A stretch of 64,000 nucleotides of DNA from a virus. Lineage: Duplodnaviria; Caudoviricetes. This document shows, one piece after another, positions 54,907 through 63,836 of the stretch (position 1 is the first letter of the stretch; every line of letters begins with the position of its first letter). The translations under genes and the position numbers were made by a program. The stretch spans positions 96,001-160,000 of IMG/VR virus record IMGVR_UViG_3300033061_001635; one strand, written 5' to 3'. A model generated the notes under the pieces. The model saw only the letters and a list, made by a program, of their open reading frames with translations, made no database searches and had not been told where the DNA came from.

Positions 54907-55749
54907 AATTAAAGTCTCCGATTGTATATTGGATTGAATATTTAATACACCTGAATTGACAATTTCTTGATTTTTTTCTTTATTATTATCATTTATGGCA
55001 AGATTATTATTTGGAGATATTAGATTTTTAGAAAATATAATACTATCTTCATTGGCTGGTTTATTTACAAATCCTTTGCCACTAAATGTTATATTTCTTA
55101 AAACTCTACCAATTTTATAGTCTTGATGTTCACCGATTCCACCATAGGATCGTAAAAATTTTGTTAAATATGCTGTTTCAGAATTACGTCCTAATATTTT
55201 ATATTCTCCGGTATTCTTATTTAATAATCCATAATCGAATCCTTTAAAAAAACATTCCATACTAACATATTTTGTGCCGTCTTCTATTTCTGATATTAGT
55301 TTTAAAGATCGTTCTCTCAGATCTTCACCACTAAAACCTTTATAAATAACTGATCCTGTTAAAATATGATATTTTTCTGGAAGATTTTCTACAGGAGTAT
55401 TTTCATCTATTAATATTCCGTCTTCTGTGATTGGCCAATTCGAAACAATATGGCCGATAATACTATGTTCATCGTGTTCTAAATTTGTTGGTTTGTGTTC
55501 AGGAGTATTTTTAGCATTCCATACTTCTACTTTATCAAAGATATCATCATTTTTGTTCCATGAAGATGATACTAAAATAGATTGAACATAATATAGATCT
55601 TCGTCATCAAAAGAAGCTATGCTTTTTAAGTATTTTGAGTCTTTTTTATTGCCGACATATGGCTCAACAACACAAGCATATGATATTGATGCTGAACTTT
55701 TTAGAATTTCTTCTAATCCATCATTTTTTTCTTGATCATATATTTTCAT
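54178..55749 (-). CDS. Prohead protease fused to C-terminal scaffolding domain
   Basis: NKNDDIF, KPTNLEHD, VSMEC and FSGKGFVNKPAN protease motifs, followed by an acidic coiled-coil C-terminal half. Confidence 0.8.
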   Translation of the reverse strand: MKIYDQEKNDGLEEILKSSASISYACVVEPYVGNKKDSKYLKSIASFDDEDLYYVQSILVSSSWNKNDDIFDKVEVWNAKNTPEHKPTNLEHDEHSIIGHIVSNWPITEDGILIDENTPVENLPEKYHILTGSVIYKGFSGEDLRERSLKLISEIEDGTKYVSMECFFKGFDYGLLNKNTGEYKILGRNSETAYLTKFLRSYGGIGEHQDYKIGRVLRNITFSGKGFVNKPANEDSIIFSKNLISPNNNLAINDNNKEKNQEIVNSGVLNIQSNIQSETLIMSSANTEINTENKEVPVVAEVAAEQVEQTEVVQVAEVNAAELTSKIEELTVANETLKAEIEQIKSEAAKKTEEQMKKEEEMMKKAKSELEAALTTIAEYVAKEEAMMKKEKKMKRMATLIEAGIDNESAEATVDKFESLDDEAFQAMTSLFAGKMPPWLEKIKKQDEEQDKEDKKEDKAMMMRKTASEQTSVEADPSVLETAEVEASVNLGVGSDDVVSALETTRAALIEFVSSKLGKKNNK

Positions 55750-55770
55750 ATTATTTAACCTTTATTTTGG

Positions 55771-57969
55771 TTAGTTATCTATTTCAGTATACACCATAGA
55801 ATAAAAAGATGCTTTAGCCTGCTTAGTTTCGTCAACAGATAATTCTCGACCAATATCAGACTGCAAAGCTTTTAGCCATATATAATATTGATTTAATATA
55901 GTATTATTATTTGATGAAGAATTTAAATTATTTATAATGGACTCGTCTGCTATAGAAGAAAACGGAGTAATATTTAGTAATATACTAGTTTTAATATCTT
56001 CTAATTTTTGAGACTCTGTGTTACTTAAACTTCTTAAATTTTTCTTTTGAAAGAACTCTAGTATTATAGGATTAATTACTTCACTAATTTTTTCTTGTGC
56101 TCCTGATGACCATAATATTAATTTAGCTCCTGTTTGAGGAGAGAATTTTTTGGTTTGTCTTTTTTCGCTGTCTTTAGATAATTTTGGGCGACCTTCTCCT
56201 GGTTGTTTTGGTAAAGAAGAGGTCTTTGGAGCAGTATTTCCTCCTCCGAATGGAACCGGAGGAGTTTTCATTTCAAGAGCTGATTTTTCTCCTCCTTTTT
56301 TCTTATCTAATTCTAATCCTACTTGACTTGGAGAAACAACCCCTGTTTGTAAAGCAATCTTTTTTAACGAATTTTCAAACTGAGGATCAAACCATGGACC
56401 AGATTTTTGAACCATTCTATCGCTATCTCTTTCTCTACTTTCTCTATTAAGCCTAGTTTTTTCCATATCAGGATCAATACCAAATCTTGTTTGTAATAAT
56501 TCATCACTGATAAGATTTCTATCAGCTAACTGTACCAATAGTGCTTTCTCAGTATCTTCATTACTAAGATCCATTCGATCAAACTCAATTTTTGCAGGAA
56601 ACTTGAAGCCCATAGCTTTTTGTACAATTGCTATTTCTTCTTCTAAAAACTCTACAAGTCGATCTCTACCGTATTGTAATCTTTGGGTTAGTGTTTTTAA
56701 ACTAATAAAATTATTTGTAGTCCCTGCGGCTCCAAATGTTCCTGTAAGAGTTGGAGGTATTCCCAAACCAGCATATATTGCATTCAAATGTGGGATATAT
56801 TTACCTTCTCCTAGAAAATTATGAACATTCGTATTACTTTCCATTAACTCTATATCTGGCCCCCAGATTAAATCCATTGTTCCTCCGCCTACATTATTTC
56901 CTAAGATTTGTGCTAATTTGCTAGTGGCTGCCTTGGTTGGGGCGATCTTATGTTCTAAACTACCCAATTTGAAAATTCTAATATTACTTATTGCACCGTC
57001 GAGGGCCGCCATATCTGCTAATTTTAATTTTTCAACAACTGTAATATCGTCCATAATAGCATATATCATAGGATATGCCCATGCTTGCCAATCGTCTTTT
57101 TTATAATGAAATACTAGAGTCTTATCAGGATCAAGCGGATATGGTTTCTTGTTTTTAGCAGCTTCTATTATTTGCTCTGGTAAACCGTCTATAACTCTTT
57201 TTTCGTTTTCTGTTTTAGGATTATTTATCAATTTCCTCAAGGATGCTGGTAATTGTAACTCATAAGTTTTTTCAGTAAGGAATGAAGACAATGCGCCAGC
57301 GGAAACTTCTATACAAACAGGATCAATAAATGTATATTTCCAAGGAACCTCTCGTTTTTCAACACTTAATTCTGGTATATCATTAAGTTGTATGTCTGCG
57401 GTTCCAAGAGCTTTATATAGCTTATCTGAAGCTTTTATACTTAATTTAGCAGTTCTTCTATCTATAACAACATTTCCACTTTTATAAAGATTATTAAGAA
57501 ATCTTTCACTTCTATCTTTTCCGTTTATTTTTTTAAACCATCTGCGATAAAATCTTTCAATTCTTTTATTTCTATGTACTAGTCGTATTCCTTGGCTTGC
57601 GAAATCACCCATAAGATCAATCACATTTTTTACTAAACCAACTCTCTGATAAATTCGTTCCGCTCTTTGCAGAATCATTTTTATCTCATTAGGAGGGGCT
57701 TCTTGTGGTCTAAAAGTGTAGTAATCGTCTTTGGTTAATCCTGGGCGACTCCCGGTTAATCCATCTAAACTAGAAAAATCTAAACTATATCTTCTTCCGC
57801 CAGCGGCAGTTGCTCTTTCTACTAGAGCAAATTCGTCTAATGATGCTCCTGCTATTTTTAATGCTTCTTGTTTGCTGGATAAATCATCACCCCATGTTAT
57901 ATAAGCCTCTGTTGGTACAGAAGATACTGTTCCTAGAACTTCCTCTTTTGATCTTTTTTTATTAGCCAT
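55771..57969 (-). CDS. Portal protein
   Basis: Between TerL and protease. Portal-like motifs LVKNVIDLMGDF, YKSGNV, YTFIDP, AGLGIPPTL. Confidence 0.8.
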   Translation of the reverse strand: MANKKRSKEEVLGTVSSVPTEAYITWGDDLSSKQEALKIAGASLDEFALVERATAAGGRRYSLDFSSLDGLTGSRPGLTKDDYYTFRPQEAPPNEIKMILQRAERIYQRVGLVKNVIDLMGDFASQGIRLVHRNKRIERFYRRWFKKINGKDRSERFLNNLYKSGNVVIDRRTAKLSIKASDKLYKALGTADIQLNDIPELSVEKREVPWKYTFIDPVCIEVSAGALSSFLTEKTYELQLPASLRKLINNPKTENEKRVIDGLPEQIIEAAKNKKPYPLDPDKTLVFHYKKDDWQAWAYPMIYAIMDDITVVEKLKLADMAALDGAISNIRIFKLGSLEHKIAPTKAATSKLAQILGNNVGGGTMDLIWGPDIELMESNTNVHNFLGEGKYIPHLNAIYAGLGIPPTLTGTFGAAGTTNNFISLKTLTQRLQYGRDRLVEFLEEEIAIVQKAMGFKFPAKIEFDRMDLSNEDTEKALLVQLADRNLISDELLQTRFGIDPDMEKTRLNRESRERDSDRMVQKSGPWFDPQFENSLKKIALQTGVVSPSQVGLELDKKKGGEKSALEMKTPPVPFGGGNTAPKTSSLPKQPGEGRPKLSKDSEKRQTKKFSPQTGAKLILWSSGAQEKISEVINPIILEFFQKKNLRSLSNTESQKLEDIKTSILLNITPFSSIADESIINNLNSSSNNNTILNQYYIWLKALQSDIGRELSVDETKQAKASFYSMVYTEIDN
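55789..55794 (-). promoter_or_regulatory. Putative late promoter motif GTGTAT for protease/capsid operon
   Basis: TGGTGTATACT within the last codons of the portal gene, 40 bp upstream of the ATG at 55749. Confidence 0.5.
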
Positions 57970-58020
57970 AATTATTTAATTCTAATGTAATAGTATTGTA
58001 AAGAGATTACTAGTTTAATA

Positions 58021-58026
58021 ATACAC
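58021..58026 (-). promoter_or_regulatory. Putative late promoter motif GTGTAT for portal
   Basis: AAGTGTATTATTA right after the TerL stop, 52 bp upstream of the ATG at 57969. Confidence 0.55.
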
Positions 58027-58027
58027 T

Positions 58028-60055
58028 TTATCTATAAATTCCTGTATATGCGTCATCATTTGCTCCTCCATTTACGAACCATTCTGGTCCTTTGTACATA
58101 CTTCCATTATTTTTTGTTGAGTCTTTTGCATTAGCTCCTATAATATCATAATCAACTGGTTTTAATACTTTTGTTAATTGTCTAGCTAACATATTAGCTA
58201 TTATTAAAGAGCTATATCTATCTTTTCTAAGTCTTCCTTTTTTACCATGTCCCAATTTAGTCTCTGGAGTATCCCATCTGTCTCTGGCGTTTGGTCCATT
58301 ACTTGTTTGTGTCATAACTATTGTTGTCAATTCGTTTTTTAGTTCTTCAATTTCTAAAATACATTCGCTTACATTATCATATAATGGATTAAGATCTGCT
58401 TCTAGTATATTTTGGCCTTCTTTTTCTATAGCCAATCCTAAAGTTAAATTATCGAACGATGGGAATAATAGAGTTTTGTCCTCTAAATCTTTTCTAAGTC
58501 CATGATTAGCTTGGCTAGTCCAGTCTGCTTTAGCAAATTGTACAAGCTCTAATATGTGCAGTCCTGATTGATCATCTGTGTCCTTGGCTTTGTCATCATT
58601 TATGATTGGCCAAATTAATAATTCCCCGTCTTCTAATTTATTTGGGTCGTGCAATGATTCTTCAATAGCCACACCACCTCCCTGAGCATCCATTCCTATC
58701 CTTAAGGGCTTAAAAGTTTTCATCAAATTTCTAATTTTACGAGCACAGAATCCATAGAAATCATGTTCCGTAATTAACCCTGTTTTTTGACGTTCTTTAA
58801 AATTAGCTCTATTAGTAGTCCAGCAATATACGATTTTAGAATGTGTAGAATTAACTTCTAATACAACTATACTAAAGTTATCTTGTTCGCTAGCTGGATC
58901 TATTCCATAGATATATTGCTTATCTGCATCTCCTTTAGCTACTGCATCAAAAAGAATTCTTTTACCATCAATAATAATTTCTTTATTAGATACAACACAA
59001 CCTTCTATTAGACTACGTCTGAAGAAACCTTCGCTGTCTTTAACAAAACAAGCAGCATATTCCATATTATATATTCCATTATGGATAGTTGCTTTAGCCC
59101 TACTAACTTGTTTATCGTCCATGAATCCTTTTGGTATTAATTCATAAGGAATGCGTATGATACTATAGTCTCTCCAATTAAAATTCTCAGGAACTTCTCC
59201 TTTAAATATATCTTCTAATTTAGATTTATCTCCTTTGCTTTCTATAATTGTTTTATATCTTTTCCAATAACTAGCAAAGTGTTTAAAATCATAATCTGCT
59301 GTTCCTGAAATTATTGCTTGATTTCCCATCTTGGTATTAAGAATCTCTAATTCTTCATTCCATAAGCCAGCATCTATCATGGCTTTCTTTTTGGCTTGTT
59401 CTTTAACATTTTGAATGGGACTAGCACTAACGGCAGCGAATCCAGAAACTACGGTTTCATAAATATCTGGACTTATGGATGCAAATTCGTCAGCAATAAT
59501 AATATGTGCTCTTAATCCTCTAATTTTACTTCCGTCGCCCATTGGAATGGCTATTGTCCAACTATCTCCTAATCGGATAGTACATCGGTCAACGTCTCTT
59601 CTTGGTCCATCGTCATTGCCATTAAAAATACTTCTTAAAATAGGACTATTTCTCCATATTGTTTCCATATATTCAAAGATGATTTTACTCTGACGAAATG
59701 CCGCACCAACAACCACTATTTTAGTACCAGGACAAAACGTACATTTTATAACACAATACAAAGCTAATAAGAATGATTTTCCCCAACCACGGCTAGCAAT
59801 ATACATTGGGAATGGTCGTATCCAAAATTCTTGTAAAATTACAACTTGCATAGGATGTAACTCTATATTAAATAATAGTTTAACCATACTACCAATATAT
59901 TTAGGATTTTTTAAAATGCGCATTAAATGAAGATCTGGAAACTCTATGTCTTTCTCAGACCTGTGTATCATTACATTGTTAGGCAGATTTAGGGCTGATA
60001 GATCACCAAGACCCAGCCATGCATCATCAAAGATTATATCAGTATTATTGGACAT
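58028..60055 (-). CDS. terL: Terminase large subunit
   Basis: Walker A ASRGWGKS, RGLRA..IIADEF Walker B, ISGTA coupling motif, RNase H-like YGIDPA and KDRYS. Confidence 0.92.
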   Translation of the reverse strand: MSNNTDIIFDDAWLGLGDLSALNLPNNVMIHRSEKDIEFPDLHLMRILKNPKYIGSMVKLLFNIELHPMQVVILQEFWIRPFPMYIASRGWGKSFLLALYCVIKCTFCPGTKIVVVGAAFRQSKIIFEYMETIWRNSPILRSIFNGNDDGPRRDVDRCTIRLGDSWTIAIPMGDGSKIRGLRAHIIIADEFASISPDIYETVVSGFAAVSASPIQNVKEQAKKKAMIDAGLWNEELEILNTKMGNQAIISGTADYDFKHFASYWKRYKTIIESKGDKSKLEDIFKGEVPENFNWRDYSIIRIPYELIPKGFMDDKQVSRAKATIHNGIYNMEYAACFVKDSEGFFRRSLIEGCVVSNKEIIIDGKRILFDAVAKGDADKQYIYGIDPASEQDNFSIVVLEVNSTHSKIVYCWTTNRANFKERQKTGLITEHDFYGFCARKIRNLMKTFKPLRIGMDAQGGGVAIEESLHDPNKLEDGELLIWPIINDDKAKDTDDQSGLHILELVQFAKADWTSQANHGLRKDLEDKTLLFPSFDNLTLGLAIEKEGQNILEADLNPLYDNVSECILEIEELKNELTTIVMTQTSNGPNARDRWDTPETKLGHGKKGRLRKDRYSSLIIANMLARQLTKVLKPVDYDIIGANAKDSTKNNGSMYKGPEWFVNGGANDDAYTGIYR

Positions 60056-60536
60056 CTGTTTTCTTTACCATTTCGATATAATGTATTTTTTTTAATATAA
60101 ATTCAGCTATTTTTTCAGCACTGGTTGCATTGCCACAGAATATTACTTTAATATTATGATTTAATTGTAACTCTAGTATATTTTTAACCAAAAAAGCCGG
60201 GGTAATTTTAACTTTGTCCCACATTTTCTTTGGAACAGTACTTCCTGTAGGATAGATTAATAAGTCTTCTAAATTAAATTCTAGTAATAAAAATGAATAT
60301 TTAAATTGACTCAAGCGCATAATAACATCTTTGAATCGACTTTCCACTATGTTTGTAGCAAATTCACTAGCGCTCTTTTTTCTTTCGATGGTCAGAATGT
60401 TTTCCAGTCCTTCGATGCTATAATCTCCAGTATCAAGTTTCTTATTTGCTATTGTATAACTATGGAAAGTCCACGGTTGTTGTTCTCGCGTATCTATTAT
60501 GATAGTAAAATTATTATACGTATTATTGTTTATCAT
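60045..60536 (-). CDS. ERCC4/XPF-family nuclease
   Basis: IIIDTREQ, LDTGDYS and IERKK motifs. Confidence 0.85.
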   Translation of the reverse strand: MINNNTYNNFTIIIDTREQQPWTFHSYTIANKKLDTGDYSIEGLENILTIERKKSASEFATNIVESRFKDVIMRLSQFKYSFLLLEFNLEDLLIYPTGSTVPKKMWDKVKITPAFLVKNILELQLNHNIKVIFCGNATSAEKIAEFILKKIHYIEMVKKTDVQ

Positions 60537-60798
60537 TGTTTTTCTGTTTTACTATGTTATAAAAAACAGCCTCATAATAACTTTCTACACCAGTAATTCC
60601 TTTATGATGATCTTTACATAATGTTATTCCGTTATCAACAGCGAACCGTAGTCCTGGAAAATCAGCCCAACGACGAATATGATGAGCATTTAATTTTTTC
60701 TTACTAGAACATCCTGGCCATTGACATGTGTGGCTATCTCTTGCATAAATTTTTTTTCTCCATTTTTTATACTCAGGATCATCAAAATTCCTAATCAT
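60523..60798 (-). CDS. HNH endonuclease
   Basis: RDSHTCQWPGC...AHHI...NGITLCKDHH. Likely start MIRNF at 60798, overlapping the gmd stop. Confidence 0.85.
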   Translation of the reverse strand: MIRNFDDPEYKKWRKKIYARDSHTCQWPGCSSKKKLNAHHIRRWADFPGLRFAVDNGITLCKDHHKGITGVESYYEAVFYNIVKQKNNDKQ

Positions 60799-61783
60799 TC
60801 TTTGTTGTCTCAATATCTTGAGTTACCATATCTTTAACTAAATGTTCAAATGGTATCTGAGGCTCCCAATCTAGTAGTTTTTTAGCTTTGTTGGAGTTTC
60901 CTCTTAGGTAATCTACTTCGGCTGGTCTATAAAACTCAGGATCTATAACAACATAATTATTCCAATCTTTATTTATTAAATCAAAAGCTATTTGTAAAAA
61001 CTGCTCAACACTATAGCATTGTCCTGTGCTTATAACAAAATCATCAGCTTTATCTTGAGCTAACATTAATCTCATAGCTTCAACATAATCTTTAGCATGT
61101 CCCCAGTCTCTTACTGCTTTTATATTTCCTAATCTTAGCTTCTCATCAGGTTCTAATTTATTATTAACCAAACGACCAATATATCTGGTAATCTTGCGCG
61201 TTACAAAGTTTTCGCCGCGTCGTGGACTTTCGTGATTGAATAGTATTCCGCTAGTAGCATAAAGATTATAGGCTTCACGATATATTTGAACCATTCGGTG
61301 ACTAGCAAGTTTCGCCACCGCATATGGACTTTGTGGCAATAAGGGTGTTTCTTCATTTTGATATTTATTGCCAGAACTATCAACCGAGTAATTTCGCCCA
61401 AACATTTCGCTAGTACTTGCCTGATAAAACTTAGTATGTTTTGAAAATAGTCTGATAGCTTCTAACACATTAATAACGCCAACCGCATTGATTTCAAATG
61501 TTGCTGTTGGTTGTTTAAAACTTGTTCCAACATGACTTTGAGCAGCTAAATTATAAAATTCATCTGGCTGTGCTGATGATATTAAAGAAACACATCCGCT
61601 AGGATCAGTAATATCGTATTCTTGTAAAATAAAATTAGAATTATTTATATGTTTTATTCTGTTAAAAGTATTAGTACTTGATCTTCTATAAAGTCCAATA
61701 ACCTTATAGTCTTTACTTAATAAATTTTCCGCTAGATAACTTCCATCTTGTCCTGTTATTCCCGTAATAATTGCTGTTTTCAT
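60791..61783 (-). CDS. gmd: GDP-mannose 4,6-dehydratase
   Basis: ITGITGQDGSYL, YNLAAQSHV, FYQASTSEMFG, SPYAVAK, GILFNHESPRRGENFVTRKIT, RDWGHAKDYV and RPAEVD.L are all characteristic GMD motifs. Confidence 0.95.
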   Translation of the reverse strand: MKTAIITGITGQDGSYLAENLLSKDYKVIGLYRRSSTNTFNRIKHINNSNFILQEYDITDPSGCVSLISSAQPDEFYNLAAQSHVGTSFKQPTATFEINAVGVINVLEAIRLFSKHTKFYQASTSEMFGRNYSVDSSGNKYQNEETPLLPQSPYAVAKLASHRMVQIYREAYNLYATSGILFNHESPRRGENFVTRKITRYIGRLVNNKLEPDEKLRLGNIKAVRDWGHAKDYVEAMRLMLAQDKADDFVISTGQCYSVEQFLQIAFDLINKDWNNYVVIDPEFYRPAEVDYLRGNSNKAKKLLDWEPQIPFEHLVKDMVTQDIETTKND

Positions 61784-61786
61784 TAT

Positions 61787-62602
61787 TTACTCCACAGTGT
61801 CTGGTGTTAAGAGAGGTTTGTCTATAGTATTGTCCTGGAAAGAATGATAGCTAGCCAATTGCTGTTTATATTTTTCGCTAGCTAAGTGTATAATCTCCAT
61901 TTGTCGTCCTTCTTTTTCTCGTGTTTCTTCGTCTTCTAGCATGCGTATTAATCCTGTCCAACTACTTTTACCGTCTTCTATTCTTTTGATACGCTGTTCA
62001 CGAGTAGCCTTGAGATCCTTACTAATCTTTTGTTGTTCATTTAAAAGTTTAGTATACTCATTAGTATAATTAGCAATGCTATTGCGAGCAAAACTTAATT
62101 GAGTTTCTAAATTAGCCAATTTAGGTATGTCTCTTTGTTCTTCGCTTTTTTCATATTCTTTATCCACTTGCTTTTGTAGTTTTTCAGTTTCCGAAATATG
62201 ACGTTTTCGTTCTTTCATACTTCGGTTAATCAGAATATCAATAGTTATAAACTGTTTAATCTGAAGTTCTTCGGCTGGCAAAACATCTTCACGAAATTGT
62301 TTGACTAAATTAACCCAGGTACTTTCAAAGTATTCTAATTCGCCGCCATCTTTGTCAAATTGGCGCTGAATTTCTCTCCAGAAAGTTTTACTATGTAATT
62401 TTTGTTTTAGTACCTGATCGTCCTGAGTATTATGAACAACAGATAACTGATTCTCATTAACATATCTTTCTACTGGAGCTAAGTTTCTATTTAATTGATC
62501 AGCAATTTGCTGTAATGGTAATGAACTATAGTTATCACGAATATATTTTTCTTCTTCTAAACTTAGTTGTCCTCGTTTTCTTGGAATGCTTCTATTTTCC
62601 AA
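61787..62602 (-). CDS. HTH + coiled-coil protein, putative terminase small subunit
   Basis: N-terminal HTH (LQQIADQLNRNLAPVERY) and a long coiled coil, upstream of TerL in the same operon. Confidence 0.45.
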   Translation of the reverse strand: MENRSIPRKRGQLSLEEEKYIRDNYSSLPLQQIADQLNRNLAPVERYVNENQLSVVHNTQDDQVLKQKLHSKTFWREIQRQFDKDGGELEYFESTWVNLVKQFREDVLPAEELQIKQFITIDILINRSMKERKRHISETEKLQKQVDKEYEKSEEQRDIPKLANLETQLSFARNSIANYTNEYTKLLNEQQKISKDLKATREQRIKRIEDGKSSWTGLIRMLEDEETREKEGRQMEIIHLASEKYKQQLASYHSFQDNTIDKPLLTPDTVE

Positions 62603-63219
62603 TTGTTGTCCTCCATTATTTTTTGAATATGAGCTTTGAGTTTTTTAAGTTCGGTCTTATTAATTTTGGTTCCGTGTTTTAGTTTTAAATAACTTTCTCT
62701 ATATTCGCTTTGGATATTAGAGTCTAGAAATTTAATTAATTCTTGATTTTCTAATAGTGGTGCAGGAAGAGACGGGCCTAATGAGGTGTTATTCTCAATA
62801 TAACCGGGTTGAATAATATTCTTTTTGGCCTCATTTCTTTTTGCCCATGCTGCATATAGTTCACAATCATTTTTATTTTTATATTGTTCACACTGATTAA
62901 TGCTAACTTTGCAACCCTTGTCGAAGAAAGGACAAGTTAAACAGGGTTTGTCGGGCCTTTGGTAGTTATTACGTTTGTAATTAAATAGTCTATTTCTAAC
63001 GTGGGTCCAAAGAAAGTTTTCTAGGGGTCTTTTTTTATCATAATTTTTTAATCCTTCCAAAGCAAATATAGCAGCTTGTTGCTTCATATCTTCTACGCTA
63101 TGATAGGCGAATCTGAATTTATGAGCTAGTCTTTTGGTAATATTATCTAAAACTAATAAAAATTCTTCAGTTTCTACGCCATTGGGCAGTTTATCTTTGT
63201 TCTGTGGTTTTTTGGTCAT
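62563..63219 (-). CDS. Phage sigma-70-like factor (region 2) with Cys-rich insert
   Basis: LAHKF...EDMKQQA.I..LEGLKNYD..RPLENFLWTHVRNRL.NYKR fits sigma region 2; followed by a five-Cys cluster. Confidence 0.7.
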   Translation of the reverse strand: MTKKPQNKDKLPNGVETEEFLLVLDNITKRLAHKFRFAYHSVEDMKQQAAIFALEGLKNYDKKRPLENFLWTHVRNRLFNYKRNNYQRPDKPCLTCPFFDKGCKVSINQCEQYKNKNDCELYAAWAKRNEAKKNIIQPGYIENNTSLGPSLPAPLLENQELIKFLDSNIQSEYRESYLKLKHGTKINKTELKKLKAHIQKIMEDNNWKIEAFQENEDN

Positions 63220-63361
63220 TTAGTAATTCTGCTATGCTCTTTCCGTTATCTAATAATAAATCATTAATAACTTCATCATTTAGTGATCCAGAAGCTTTTA
63301 CAGATAGTACGCTATCGGTAATGGTTGGAAAATTGGGCGAATTTAAATTTGAGAATGTCAT
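63191..63361 (-). CDS. Small acidic protein (56 aa, not in ORF track)
   Basis: MTFSNLNSPNFPTITDSVLSVKASGSLNDEVINDLLLDNGKSIAELLNDQKTTEQR*, with an AAGGA RBS; overlaps the sigma gene start. Confidence 0.6.
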   Translation of the reverse strand: MTFSNLNSPNFPTITDSVLSVKASGSLNDEVINDLLLDNGKSIAELLNDQKTTEQR

Positions 63362-63371
63362 TGGTTTATCC

Positions 63372-63440
63372 TTGCGCTAAACTTGTCAACTGTTATTATA
63401 ATATGTTTTGACGGATGATTGTCAACAATTAATAAGTATA
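63372..63440. promoter_or_regulatory. Divergent sigma70-type promoter region
   Basis: Minus-strand TTGACA (63425-63420) with TATTAT/TATAAT 16-19 bp downstream. The palindromic ATTATAAT could serve either strand. TTGTCAAC occurs twice. Confidence 0.55.
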
Positions 63441-63450
63441 GGAGTATTTT

Positions 63451-63705
63451 ATGGCTAATTATAAAAAGTGGGCACCCTCAGAATTGGACTATATTCAAAA
63501 TAATCATAATGTGTTGTGTGATGAGAGTTTAGCAGCATCATTAAGTAAAATTACTGGACAAAATATTAGTACAGCAATGGTTCGTAGACAACGAAGGAAA
63601 CTATCATTAAGGAAGAGCAGAGGACGTCCACGAAAGACCAAGCCTGCTATTGTTGCTACTACAGCATCATCAAATATTCAGGTTCAGCAGAGTGTACTGT
63701 CTTAA
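63451..63705 (+). CDS. Small DNA-binding protein (HTH-like + AT-hook-like GRPRK)
   Basis: AGGAG RBS; W...ELDYI...LAASLSKITG..IS..MVRRQRRKL and RGRPRK. Confidence 0.75.
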   Translation: MANYKKWAPSELDYIQNNHNVLCDESLAASLSKITGQNISTAMVRRQRRKLSLRKSRGRPRKTKPAIVATTASSNIQVQQSVLS

Positions 63706-63728
63706 ACTATTTAATTAAGAATTGATTA

Positions 63729-63775
63729 TAGCGGCGGCCATAGCTAAGAAATTAGTTGTGGCCGTTGTTGTTTTT
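63729..63775 (+). terminator. Rho-independent terminator
   Basis: gcggccatagctaa-gaaa-ttagttgtggccgt stem-loop followed by tgttgttttt. Confidence 0.75.
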
Positions 63776-63836
63776 ATCGGGGTTGGCCGTTATAATAAGG
63801 TGACATGAAGTCAAAAATACCTTTAGGAGATTAATA

